Positions 10,601 through 19,224 of a stretch of DNA of 64,000 nucleotides are shown one piece after another; position 1 is the first letter of the stretch; each line of letters begins with the position of its first letter. The notes under the pieces are model-generated. The model made no database searches. It worked only from the letters and a program-made list of their open reading frames with translations, and had not been told where the DNA came from. The DNA is from Candidatus Spongiisociaceae bacterium. Its GTDB lineage: Bacteria; Actinomycetota; Acidimicrobiia; Spongiisociales; Spongiisociaceae. The position numbers and the translations under genes were made by a program. Where the stretch lies: contig CBDCOH010000002.1 of the NCBI GenBank assembly GCA_965219685.1, positions 704,001-768,000 of the forward strand, given 5' to 3'.

Positions 10601-10889
10601 ATCCGAAGCGTCGCTCTACCCGGTGGCCCCGCATGGTCCAGTAACGAGGCACGATGTCCTTGATTATCCCAGCGAGTATGTGACCGTAATGGGGGCTACC
10701 CGAGGCGAAGGGAGGACCGTCGTAGAACGTGTACTCGCGGTCCTCGGGGCGCATCTCGATCGAGCGCCGGAAGGCGTCAGTCTCATCCCAACTCGCCAGA
10801 ATCCGCGCGTCCAGGGTAGGAAGATCCAGTTTCGGGGACACCCGCTGGAAGTCGGTAGTGGCTCTCGAATCCGGGTGATCTCCGGGCAT
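7683..10889 (-). CDS. ileS: Isoleucine--tRNA ligase (IleRS2 type)
   Basis: DGPPFASGSPHYGH, GWDTHGLP, WTTTPWTLP and KMSKR motifs; ATG 10889 with GAGG RBS. Confidence 0.97.
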   Translation of the reverse strand: MPGDHPDSRATTDFQRVSPKLDLPTLDARILASWDETDAFRRSIEMRPEDREYTFYDGPPFASGSPHYGHILAGIIKDIVPRYWTMRGHRVERRFGWDTHGLPVEMEVEQRLGISGPRQIEELGVVEFNQACRRMVEVTTAEWEDITRKIGRWVDFENDYKTMDPEFMESVWWVFRSLWDKGLVYRAFKVLPYSWAAGTTLSNFEVSLGGYREVDDPAVTLRLEVLDVEDSSGPVRVGDYLTVWTTTPWTLPGNLVVAVGEDVEYVAIDEEDNRCWVAAARVDAVFGDGRDPVATATGRQLLGTVYRPPLDYYEDLRDRGGFRVIPSPAVETDEGTGLVHMAPAYGEEDMYAMRASGIDLLVDPVNLEARFTSAVPDLAGLHVHEAEGRIIERLRRSGALLRSERILHSYPFCYRTDQPLIYKAIPTWFVKVEEIRDRMVELNESIHWVPGSVGRNRFGNWLEDARDWAVSRNRFWGSCIPVWECTVCGHQDCLGSRAELEERSGVWLDDLHKHVVDKVTYPCPTCSAAGSTGPGVMVRVPEVLDCWFESGSMPYAQLHFPFDNEDRFPRRFPADFIAEGLDQTRGWFYTLHVLAAALFDDVAFQNCVVNGMILAEDGRKMSKRLKNYPEPSAMLHRYGGDAVRAYLIDSPVLRAEPLRFSEAGVREVVRTVILPFWNAYSFFTTYAEADGMRYHDLHAAPPAAERPEIDRWILSVLQSLIGQTNRLMEGYYLYAVVSPALGFVNDLTNWYVRRSRRRFWRSREGHERDKRAAFATLYEVLVTFSRLLAPVLPFITEEIHRGLVPDSTSVHHTDYPSVVEDLIDEDLERSMSVARSVVTLGRFLRSDHAVGVRQPLAGLTVVSGDPEVASAVERHARIIAEELNVKGVKTSEDELSVVEFRAKANFRRLGPRLGPAVKKVAGTLAELSGPDVAALVERGGIVLSGHRLTTEDVIISRHPRPGTVVASDGALSVALDTALTEELLAEGRAREVVSRIQRARRDIGLEVSDRIRIDYQTDSDALHASIEQHRELIAGEVLATSLTSRRDTRGTAVTIGDARLHFEIEVAS

Positions 10890-10957
10890 GGGCACCTCGG
10901 GCGGTTGGTGGTATCGGTCCTGCCCAGAAATTGGCAGTCGTACGCATGGTACTAGCG

Positions 10958-11037
10958 TGGTGGATGGTGGCCAACGAGTCAGCGGGCGAGATTAGGGCCG
11001 GTGAGGCGGTGTCAAGCAAACCAATCACCATCCACCA
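10958..11037. repeat. Short two-armed heptamer locus between ileS and DUF167
   Basis: TGGTGGA TGGTGGC at 10958-10971; on the minus strand TGGTGGA TGGTGAT TGGT at 11037-11020. Confidence 0.5.
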
Positions 11038-11339
11038 TGGCTGATCGGATCGGCCAGATGATACGTAGCCATCCTCATGGGGTGATCGTGACCGTTCAGG
11101 TCACTGCGGGTGCCTCGCGCACGGAGATCGTGGGCCCGCACGGCACTTACCTGCGGGTACGGGTGACCGCCCCGCCTACGGGAGGCCAGGCCAACCTGGC
11201 GACTCGCCGAGTCTTGTCGGAGGCTTTTGCGTGCCGGGTGGATCTGCTCTCGGGGGCGCGGATCCGGATCAAGAGGATGCTATTGCGGGGTACCGATCGC
11301 GACTCGGTTGCGGAAACAATCTCGTCATTGGCGCGTTGA
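11037..11339 (+). CDS. DUF167/YggU family protein
   Basis: VQVTAGASRTEI, LRVRVTAPPTGGQAN and SG..R.K pattern; start may instead be 11058. Confidence 0.85.
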   Translation: MADRIGQMIRSHPHGVIVTVQVTAGASRTEIVGPHGTYLRVRVTAPPTGGQANLATRRVLSEAFACRVDLLSGARIRIKRMLLRGTDRDSVAETISSLAR

Positions 11340-11416
11340 AACTCTCTGGTTGTCCTAGTCTGGCTTCCACGTGCTAGCTTCACGGCCTCTGAGAGCGATG
11401 CCGGAGGTGGATCGAA

Positions 11417-11794
11417 ATGGCGACTCGTAAGCTGGCCGAGTCGACACTCAACCGGTTCAAGCGGCTTCTCCAGGAGAAGGAGAAGCAACTGCAGGCTGTT
11501 GTCGCCGAGCATGAGGCCGAACGGAGTGAGGTGCGAATGGCGGAGACCGCGGCCGAGCGCAGCCCGGATCCTGACTCGGCCGACGGCGGCTCGATGGCCT
11601 TCGAGTTCGAGAAGGAACTGTCGGTCGACCGGAATACGCGTGACATCCTTGCCCAGGTCCGCCAGGCAATCCTGGCGGTGGAGGACGGCACCTACGGACA
11701 ATGCCGGGTATGCAACCGGCCGATCCCTGTCGCGCGCCTGCGAGTTCTCCCGCACACGAGCCTATGCGTGCAGTGCGCCTCGCGACGGCGCTGA
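11417..11794 (+). CDS. DksA/TraR C4 zinc-finger protein
   Basis: Coiled coil with DSAD tip, GTYGQCRVC...ARL...P...LCVQC; GGAGG RBS. Confidence 0.92.
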   Translation: MATRKLAESTLNRFKRLLQEKEKQLQAVVAEHEAERSEVRMAETAAERSPDPDSADGGSMAFEFEKELSVDRNTRDILAQVRQAILAVEDGTYGQCRVCNRPIPVARLRVLPHTSLCVQCASRRR

Positions 11795-12243
11795 GCCCGA
11801 GGAGGATCAGAGCCACCCTGATTGCCGGGGTGGTGGTGGCGGCCGATCAGATCACAAAGGGATGGGCCCGCACGACTCTGGCGGATCACGATGTCGACCT
11901 GGTTCCCGGGTTTCTGCGTTTCCACCTGGCCGAGAATCCCGGGTCGGCCTTCTCCTTGTTCCAAGGTCTTGGTCCCTGGCTGGGTCTGGCGGCCATCCTG
12001 GCGTCGGGCATGATCCTGGTACTGGTCGACAGAACGGGTAGCCGGGCAGAGTTGGCCGGATTCTCCCTGATCCTCGGCGGGGCGGTCGGCAACCTGGTGG
12101 ATCGGGCGGTCAAAGGGCGGTGGCTGTCGGGTTCGGTCACGGACTTTGTCGATTTCAGCTTCTGGCCGAACTTCAATGTGGCGGATTCAGCGATAACGAT
12201 CGGGGTGGTGGTTCTCCTATGGGCGGCAAACCGGAGCAGGTGA
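11764..12243 (+). CDS. lspA: Lipoprotein signal peptidase II
   Basis: DQITK, NPGSAFS, GGAVGNLVDR, VTDF and FNVAD motifs; exact start uncertain (11764-11791). Confidence 0.94.
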   Translation: MRAVRLATALSPRRIRATLIAGVVVAADQITKGWARTTLADHDVDLVPGFLRFHLAENPGSAFSLFQGLGPWLGLAAILASGMILVLVDRTGSRAELAGFSLILGGAVGNLVDRAVKGRWLSGSVTDFVDFSFWPNFNVADSAITIGVVVLLWAANRSR

Positions 12244-13160
12244 ACGTCCCTGCCACCCTGGATGGGACCCGGTTCGATGTCGCCCTCGCCAGTCTCGCGG
12301 CTGTGAGTCGCAGCCAGGCCCGGAGGCTGATCGGGTCTGGCAGGGCCGGTCGGGCGCCGGTAGGTAAGGAAACCCCCATGCGCCCCAATACCCGTGTGAA
12401 GGAGGGGGACACCTTGTGGTTTCTGCGGGAGGTCGTTGCGCCGCTGCTCCCCTCGCGTACAGCACTGGATGTCCGGTACGAGGACTCGTACCTCGCGGTC
12501 GTCAACAAGCCGGCGGGCATGGTGGTCCATCCCGGGCCCGGACACCATCAAGGCACTCTCGTCTCGGCTCTCCTTCACCGTTGGCCCGAGGTTGAAGGAG
12601 TAGGGGAGTACCCGCGCTGGGGAATCGTCCACCGCCTCGACAAAGACACCTCGGGAGTGATGGTCATCGCTCGCGCCCGGGAGGCGCACCAAGGTCTCAC
12701 CGCGGCTCTAGCCCGCCACAACGTACGGCGGACCTATCTCGCCCTCGTGCACGGTCCCTTAGATGTCCCGAACGGAACGATCGATGCTCCCATCGACCGG
12801 CGCCGGGCCCGCCGCTTCGTGGGGCCGGGAGGGAAGCCGGCGGTGACCCACTACCGGCAGGAGGCCTTTTGGACCCGGCCTCCCTTGACCCTTCTAGAGG
12901 TGACCCTGGAGACGGGACGGACACATCAGATACGGGTGCACATGGAGACGATCGGGCGGCACCTCGTCGGTGATCCGGTCTACGGAAGACCGGCCGGGAC
13001 CGGGGTCGATCCCGGCAGGGTCTGGCTCCACGCGCACCGCCTCCGCTTCACCCATCCGCTGACCAACGAGACCGTCGATGTCACCGCGCCCCTTCCTACC
13101 GATCTCCGATCAAGCCTCGCCGAACTCGGGCCTCCGACCCGGGGAACACTGCCTTATTAG
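12240..13160 (+). CDS. rluD: RluA-family 23S rRNA pseudouridine synthase with S4-like N-terminus
   Basis: NKPAGMVVHP, HRLDKDTSG and TGRTHQIRVH motifs; GTGA overlap with lspA. Confidence 0.92.
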   Translation: MNVPATLDGTRFDVALASLAAVSRSQARRLIGSGRAGRAPVGKETPMRPNTRVKEGDTLWFLREVVAPLLPSRTALDVRYEDSYLAVVNKPAGMVVHPGPGHHQGTLVSALLHRWPEVEGVGEYPRWGIVHRLDKDTSGVMVIARAREAHQGLTAALARHNVRRTYLALVHGPLDVPNGTIDAPIDRRRARRFVGPGGKPAVTHYRQEAFWTRPPLTLLEVTLETGRTHQIRVHMETIGRHLVGDPVYGRPAGTGVDPGRVWLHAHRLRFTHPLTNETVDVTAPLPTDLRSSLAELGPPTRGTLPY

Positions 13161-13246
13161 GTGTTGGGTGTCGGTCGCCGGTTGCCGGTGTTGCGGGATC
13201 CTGCCAGCGAACACCAGCCACCAGCCGCCAGCCACCAACCACCATA
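13161..13246. repeat. Two-armed degenerate heptamer locus between rluD and dnaE
   Basis: G-rich arm GTCGCCG GTTGCCG after the stop; C-rich arm CACCAGC CACCAGC CGCCAGC CACCAAC CACCATA (13212-13246). Confidence 0.7.
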
Positions 13247-13317
13247 CGCTAAGGTCACCCGTGACCGGGTTCCCCTGACCGGTGGTACGCAGCGGTTCAA
13301 AGGGACGGGGCCCCTGG

Positions 13318-16300
13318 ATGCCGGACAACGGTTTCGTTCACCTCCACGTTCATAGCGAGTTCTCGATGCTCGACGGCGCTGCCCGCATCAGCGAGGCGGT
13401 CCGGGCGGTTGCTGCCGATGGCCAGCCGGCGCTCGGCTTGACCGATCACGGTGTCCTGTTCGGAGCGGTCGACTTCTACAAGACCGCCACGGCCGCCGGT
13501 ATCAAGCCCATCCTGGGCGTAGAGGGCTACGTGACCCCCGGTTCCCGCTTCGATCGCCCCACCCGCTCCGAGAACGTCCGCTACCACATCACGCTTCTGG
13601 CCGAGACCCAGACCGGCTACGAGAACCTGGTGAAGTTGGTCAGCCGCGCCTTCCTCGAGGGCTACTACTACAAGCCCCGCATGGACATCGATCTGCTCTC
13701 GGAGTACGCGGAGGGAATCATTGCCACGTCGGGCTGCCTCGGCGGCCACATTCCACAACTGCTGGATCCCGACGCCAACCGGGAGGAGGGCAACCGGGGC
13801 GGCGCGCGGGATGTCAGTGCGGCCCTCGAGGCGGCCGCTACCTACCAGGACATCTTCGGCAAGGACCGGTTCTTCCTCGAGTTGCACGATCATGGAATGC
13901 AGTCGCAGCGTCGGCTACTGCCGGACCTGCTGGATATCTCCGGCCGTATCGGCGCGCCCCTGCTCGCCACCAACGATGCCCACTACACCCGTAGAGAAGA
14001 GGCCGAGGCCCACGACGTCCTATTGTGCATCCAGACGGGTTCCGTCATCGACGAACCGGACCGGCTGAGGTTCGAAGGATCCGAGTACTACCTCAAGACA
14101 GCCCGTGAGATGCGGGAACTCTTCCCCTCCGACGAGTTCCCGGGAGCCTGCGACAACACTCTCTTGATCGCCGAGCGCGCCGCGGTACGGCTCGACTTCG
14201 ACCAGCTGTTACTGCCCCATTTCCCGGTCCCCGACGGACACACCTCGGTTTCCCATCTACGGGAGTTGGTGACCGAAGGTGCCCGCCGCCGCTACGGCGG
14301 TGAGATCGGCGGCCCCGTAGCAGAACGCATCGAGCACGAACTCCGGATCATCGAGCGGATGGGGTTCCCTGACTACTTCCTGATCGTCTGGGATCTGATC
14401 CGGTACGCCAAGGAACGCCGCATACGCACCGGTCCCGGTCGGGGCTCGGCAGCCGGTTCGATCGTTGCCTACTCCCTGGGGATCACCGACCTGGATCCTC
14501 TGGAGTACGGGCTCATCTTCGAGCGGTTTCTGAACCCGGGACGCCGGGAGATGCCCGACATCGACATGGACTTCGATGAGCGGTACCGGGCCGAGGTGAT
14601 CCGTTATGCGGCGGAGAAGTACGGGTCCGACCATGTAGCCCAGATAGTCACATTCTCCACGATAAAGGGTAAGCAGGCCATCCGGGACTCGGCGCGGGTG
14701 CGGGGGCTCCCCTATGCCCTGGGAGACCGGTTGGCCAAGCTGATGCCGCCCGCCGTCCTGGGGAGGGAAGCATCGTTGGAGATCTGTTTCGAGGCTCCTG
14801 CTGAGGACGCTCAGCAGGTGGTGAAGGACTGGCACACGAATGCGGCTGGGCTGAGGGATGCGTACAACAGCGACGGAGACGCGCGTCCGGTCCTCGATAC
14901 GGCCCGGAAGCTGGAGGGCCTCAGGCGGCAGGACTCGATCCACGCCGCGGCCGTGGTCATCTCCCCGCGGCCGCTGGTCGAGTTGGTGCCGTTGCAGCGC
15001 AAGGGAGAGGACGCCGAGGTGGTGACCCAGTACGAGATGCACGGCATCGAGGACCTGGGTCTGCTCAAGATGGACATCCTCGGGCTGCGGACCCTGTCCA
15101 CGATCGACCGGACCCTTGATCTCGTCGAGCGAGGCACGGGACGCCGTCCTGACATCGACCGGGTCGACCTGAATGATCCGGCGACCTACGCGATGCTCTG
15201 CCGGGCGGAGACGATCGGTGTCTTCCAACTCGAGGGGACTGCGATGCGGTCGCTTATCCGGAGCCTGCAGCCCGACCGCTTCGAGGACATGATCGCTCTG
15301 GTGGCGCTATACCGGCCCGGTCCGATGTCCAATAACTGGCACAACGCCTACGCCGATCGCAAGAACGGGCGCAAGGCGGTCGACTATCCCCATCCGGCGA
15401 CCAAAGGAGTCTTGGGGGAGACCTATGGGCTGATGATCTACCAGGAGCAGGTGATGCAGATTGCCCGTGACATCGCCGGCTACACGATGGCCGATGCCGA
15501 TGCGCTGCGGAAGGCGATGGGTAAGAAGATCCCTCAGATCATGGCAAAGGAGCGGGACAAGTTCGTATCGGGAGTGGTGGAAGGCGGCAACGGAGCACAG
15601 TTCGGGAGGGAGTTGTTCGAGTCCATCGAGGGGTTCGCCGGATACGGCTTCAACAAATCCCACAGCGCCGCCTACGGACTCCTGGCCTACCAGACCGCCT
15701 ACCTCAAGGTGCACTATCCGGCCGAGTTCATGGCTGCCCTACTCACCTCGGTCCGGCGGGACAAGGACAAGACCGCCATCTATCTCAATGAGTGCCGAAC
15801 GATGGGCATCGAGGTGATCACCCCGTCGGTCAACTCCTCCGAGAGCGACTTCACGGTGAGGGACGGCAAGATCGTGTTCGGGCTCTCCGGCGTGCGCAAC
15901 GTCGGTGCAGGAGTGGTGGATCGGATCGTCGAAGCCAGGAGCAACGGACGCCCGTTCGGTGACTTCCAGGACTTCGTCGATCGGGTCGACACGCAGGCGC
16001 TGAACAAGCGCGTCGTCGAGTCCCTCGTCAAGGCGGGTGCCTTCGACCAGCTCGGCCATCCCCGCCAGGGCCTCTACCTCGCCTTCCAGGACATCCTGGA
16101 TGTGACCCTCGGTCGGCGCCGCCAGGAGGAAAAGGGTCAGTTCAGCCTGTTCGGGGGGGATGCCGGAACTCCGGAACTCGATCCCGTGGAGATTCCGGAC
16201 GTGGAATGGGACAAGAGGAAACTCCTATCGTTCGAGAAGGAGATGCTGGGGCTGTACGTTTCGGATCACCCGTTGCTCGGCCTCGAGCACGTGGTCCGGC

Positions 16301-16830
16301 GGCAGACGACCAGCTCGATATCCGGCCTGTGGGATCGGCCGGATGGCGCAGAGGTCACCGTCGCCGGGATCGTGAGCGGTATAACCCGGCGGTTCACGAA
16401 GGGGGGAGAGCCGATGGCATTCTTCAATGTCGAGGATCTCGAGAGTTCCGTGGAGGTGCTGGCATTCCCCAAGACGATGTCCCAGTCGGGGTCCCTCATC
16501 AAGGAGGACGCCATCCTCATGGTGAAGGGTCGGCTGAACAACTCAGGCGACGATCTGAAGGTACGGGCCTTCACGATCAGGGAGCCGGACCTGACGGAGG
16601 AGCCCGAGTTGCGCCTCGCCGTACCTGCCTCTGTGCTGGAGGAGCCGGCCACGGTGGGGAAGCTCCGGGACATCCTCACCAACCACCCCGGCTCCGCTCC
16701 GGTGTACATCGCCATGAATGGGGACGGCTACCGGAAGGTTCTCCTCCTGGACAACCGATACAGGGTGGAACGAACCTCGGCTCTGGTTGCGGAGATCCGT
16801 ACCCTGCTGGGTGCCTCCTCGGTTATGTGA
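13318..16830 (+). CDS. dnaE: DNA polymerase III alpha subunit
   Basis: PHP domain HLHVHSEFS and TDHG, GRGSAAGS, MPDIDMDF, YGFNKSHS, C-terminal OB fold. Confidence 0.98.
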   Translation: MPDNGFVHLHVHSEFSMLDGAARISEAVRAVAADGQPALGLTDHGVLFGAVDFYKTATAAGIKPILGVEGYVTPGSRFDRPTRSENVRYHITLLAETQTGYENLVKLVSRAFLEGYYYKPRMDIDLLSEYAEGIIATSGCLGGHIPQLLDPDANREEGNRGGARDVSAALEAAATYQDIFGKDRFFLELHDHGMQSQRRLLPDLLDISGRIGAPLLATNDAHYTRREEAEAHDVLLCIQTGSVIDEPDRLRFEGSEYYLKTAREMRELFPSDEFPGACDNTLLIAERAAVRLDFDQLLLPHFPVPDGHTSVSHLRELVTEGARRRYGGEIGGPVAERIEHELRIIERMGFPDYFLIVWDLIRYAKERRIRTGPGRGSAAGSIVAYSLGITDLDPLEYGLIFERFLNPGRREMPDIDMDFDERYRAEVIRYAAEKYGSDHVAQIVTFSTIKGKQAIRDSARVRGLPYALGDRLAKLMPPAVLGREASLEICFEAPAEDAQQVVKDWHTNAAGLRDAYNSDGDARPVLDTARKLEGLRRQDSIHAAAVVISPRPLVELVPLQRKGEDAEVVTQYEMHGIEDLGLLKMDILGLRTLSTIDRTLDLVERGTGRRPDIDRVDLNDPATYAMLCRAETIGVFQLEGTAMRSLIRSLQPDRFEDMIALVALYRPGPMSNNWHNAYADRKNGRKAVDYPHPATKGVLGETYGLMIYQEQVMQIARDIAGYTMADADALRKAMGKKIPQIMAKERDKFVSGVVEGGNGAQFGRELFESIEGFAGYGFNKSHSAAYGLLAYQTAYLKVHYPAEFMAALLTSVRRDKDKTAIYLNECRTMGIEVITPSVNSSESDFTVRDGKIVFGLSGVRNVGAGVVDRIVEARSNGRPFGDFQDFVDRVDTQALNKRVVESLVKAGAFDQLGHPRQGLYLAFQDILDVTLGRRRQEEKGQFSLFGGDAGTPELDPVEIPDVEWDKRKLLSFEKEMLGLYVSDHPLLGLEHVVRRQTTSSISGLWDRPDGAEVTVAGIVSGITRRFTKGGEPMAFFNVEDLESSVEVLAFPKTMSQSGSLIKEDAILMVKGRLNNSGDDLKVRAFTIREPDLTEEPELRLAVPASVLEEPATVGKLRDILTNHPGSAPVYIAMNGDGYRKVLLLDNRYRVERTSALVAEIRTLLGASSVM

Positions 16831-16888
16831 AGCCCTGTCGCCTGATTACTTCCTGAAGTGGTCTCCCGGCTGACGCCCACCGTTTCGC

Positions 16889-18028
16889 TCAACCCAGGCA
16901 ACACGCCGTAACCGTCTCCCAGGACGGCGCCGTCGGATCGACGAGGTCGTAGTGATCGGCGCCGGTGACCTCGACGAGGCGCGCGCGGTCGCCGGATGCC
17001 ACGGCGGCCGCCACGAAGCGGCGGCTCTGGTCGGGGCTCACGGCGTCGTCCCGGTCACCGTGCACCGCCACGATCGGTACCCCCAGAGGGAGGTTGCGGA
17101 TGGGGTCCACGCGGTGGATGCAAGCATCGAGTTCGTGACCCATGAACCCCGCCAGCAACTCGTCGAAGTCAGTTCGGAGGCTGTGCAGGTCCAGCATCCC
17201 GGCGAGAGAAACGAACCGCTCGGGGCGCCGCCGAGCGTTCTTGGCTGCGAAGAAACCGAGATGTCCCCCGGCCGAGTGGCCGATGACCGTCACGTTGGCG
17301 AGGTCGAGGGGATTGTCGTCAGCGAGTATTCCAAGACTGTCGAGGCCGGCGGCTACGTCACCGAGCGTGCTCCTCCATCCGCCGACCGGTGGGATGCGGC
17401 GGTACTCGATGTTCCAGGTTGCCACGCCGCGGGCGACCAGCGCGACCGCCATCCCGTCCATCGCATCCCGAGTGAACGGTCCGGTCCAGCCTCCTCCGTG
17501 AATCAGAACGGCCACAGGGTGGGGTCCGCGACCGTCGGGGAGGCGCAGGTCTCCGACCTGGTCCGGACGGTCTCCGTAAGCCAGTGTCTTCGGTGGATGG
17601 ATGGACCGGTAGTGGAGGTGAGAAATCGCCGCGAGGTATCCCGCGACGCCCCGACCGAAGATCTGGTAGACGCAGGCGGGCTCGGTCCGTGAGATCCTCC
17701 GCCAGGGCTCCCGCTCGCGGACGTTGGAGATGTGAACCTCGACGGTCTGTATCTCCGCCGCCTCAATGGCGTCGCGCAGCGCGTAGCTGGTGTGCGTGTA
17801 CGCGCCGGGATTGAAGACTATGGCATCGGCGGTATGCCTGGCCTCATGTATGGCGTCTATCAGCGCGCCCTCATGGTTCGACTGGTAGGCCTCGAGGCTG
17901 TGTCCGAACTCCTCCGCCCGTTCACGACACATCTGCTCGACCGCCGGAAGGGTCGTCGCACCGTACAGTTCCGGAGCACGGGTTCCGAGCAAGTTCAGGT
18001 TTGGTCCGTTGAGCAGGAGGATTCGCAT
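16889..18028 (-). CDS. aroQ: Type II 3-dehydroquinate dehydratase fused to an alpha/beta hydrolase
   Basis: N-terminal LNGPNLNLLG, QSNHEG, NPGAYTHTS, EVHISN; C-terminal HGGGW, GHSAG, HGDRD...H. Confidence 0.9.
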   Translation of the reverse strand: MRILLLNGPNLNLLGTRAPELYGATTLPAVEQMCRERAEEFGHSLEAYQSNHEGALIDAIHEARHTADAIVFNPGAYTHTSYALRDAIEAAEIQTVEVHISNVREREPWRRISRTEPACVYQIFGRGVAGYLAAISHLHYRSIHPPKTLAYGDRPDQVGDLRLPDGRGPHPVAVLIHGGGWTGPFTRDAMDGMAVALVARGVATWNIEYRRIPPVGGWRSTLGDVAAGLDSLGILADDNPLDLANVTVIGHSAGGHLGFFAAKNARRRPERFVSLAGMLDLHSLRTDFDELLAGFMGHELDACIHRVDPIRNLPLGVPIVAVHGDRDDAVSPDQSRRFVAAAVASGDRARLVEVTGADHYDLVDPTAPSWETVTACCLG

Positions 18029-18040
18029 GATCGGCCAGAT

Positions 18041-18157
18041 TAGTCTGTAGTTGTTAGTCTGTAGTCTCTGGTTTTTAGTGGTGTTGTACAGTTGTCGACT
18101 ACCGACTACCGACTACCGACTACCGACTACCGACTACCGACTACCGACTACCGACTA
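18041..18157. repeat. Two-armed TAGTC-type heptamer locus
   Basis: Six degenerate TAGTCTG-like units (18041-18082), 13-bp spacer, (CGACTAC)x8 + CGACTA (18096-18157). Confidence 0.95.
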
Positions 18158-18979
18158 ATCCAAGCCGTACCACTCCACGGCTTCGGGAGTCAGGAAATCC
18201 CGGATACCGTTGACGATCCACTCGTGCCCCATGTCCTGGAACGCGAACACGCCGTCCGCGCCCTCACCCATGGGCGCCCCGCGGGCGAACATCGTTAGCG
18301 TCAGGAAGTGGGTTCCGTCCCCGGAGCCGGCGGTTTCCAGGCGCCCGTAGAGTCGCCCGACGCGTCGATCGTCGGTGTCGCGAATGACGTATTGAGTGAT
18401 GATCCGCATCGCTTCCAGATCGGGTAGGTAGGACCCGGGCTGTTGCGAGAAAATCCGTGCAACACGGCCCAAGCCGCTCGGATCCTCCCAGTGCCCACCC
18501 GCCTGTAGCTGAAGGCGGTAGCTGATCTCACACTGGAGGGGCTTGAAGTCGCCCAGGTCGGTGTCCCGTACGAAGTCGATGAAGTGGTGCAGGGACTCGA
18601 CGAAGTACCCGCGTAGGGCCGCGTAACCCGGGTAGGGGGGGACTGCCCCGTTTCCGGAATCCTGTACGGTCAAGCGCCAGTTCCGGGCGAACCAGTTGCG
18701 CTGGACCTGTACCAAGCCGCTGGCATCGCCGGTGCTGAACCACCGGCGGATGTTGGTGATCGGGCTGGCAGACGGTAGTGCAGCCAGCCCACCCTCTGGT
18801 GCTTCGATGAACGGCTTGTGAGGAGCCTTCTCTTCGTCGTTGGGGAACTGTTCGGCGTACTTCGCGGCGTGCAGATCGTCGAGTTCATACCGGAGGAGAC
18901 GGTGGAACTCCTCGAAGCCGACACTGAAGGCCACCTCGACCAGCGCGGGGGTGGAGGACTCTTGAAAGTCAACGGGCAC
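18155..18979 (-). CDS. TIGR04255-like protein of unknown function
   Basis: P.LVEVAFSVGF N-terminus, RWF...LVQVQ.N.F..NWR...YPGY, C-terminal H..I...F...T pattern; GTG 18979 with GGGGAG RBS. Confidence 0.7.
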   Translation of the reverse strand: MPVDFQESSTPALVEVAFSVGFEEFHRLLRYELDDLHAAKYAEQFPNDEEKAPHKPFIEAPEGGLAALPSASPITNIRRWFSTGDASGLVQVQRNWFARNWRLTVQDSGNGAVPPYPGYAALRGYFVESLHHFIDFVRDTDLGDFKPLQCEISYRLQLQAGGHWEDPSGLGRVARIFSQQPGSYLPDLEAMRIITQYVIRDTDDRRVGRLYGRLETAGSGDGTHFLTLTMFARGAPMGEGADGVFAFQDMGHEWIVNGIRDFLTPEAVEWYGLD

Positions 18980-19031
18980 GAGGGCTCCCCAAGGTGTTGC
19001 TGAAGAATGCCGGGTGAGAATACCAGTGTCC

Positions 19032-19087
19032 TGGTGAGTGGTGAATGGTGAATGGTGAATGGTGAATGGTGAATGGTGAATGGTGAA
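19032..19087 (+). repeat. Heptamer array TGGTGAG + (TGGTGAA)x7
   Basis: Eight tandem 7-bp units read directly. Confidence 0.97.
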
Positions 19088-19224
19088 CAACTCTTGACGG
19101 TACTCGACTACCGAGCTAGGACCGGGCCACGACGAGCCGGAGTGGTAGCCGTTCACTTGGTAACTGGCACCTGACCCCCGGTTAGGCTGGAGACCGTCAA
19201 CGAGGAGCCTGAGGAGGTCCGAAC

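Noticed and set aside
10890-11036. T-box riboswitch upstream of ileS, common in Actinobacteria
   Set aside because: No GGTGGNACCGCG T-box motif is visible on the minus strand, and the leader is short.
13318-16830. Intein in dnaE
   Set aside because: Length is normal (about 1170 aa) and there are no intein splice or LAGLIDADG motifs, only short insertions.
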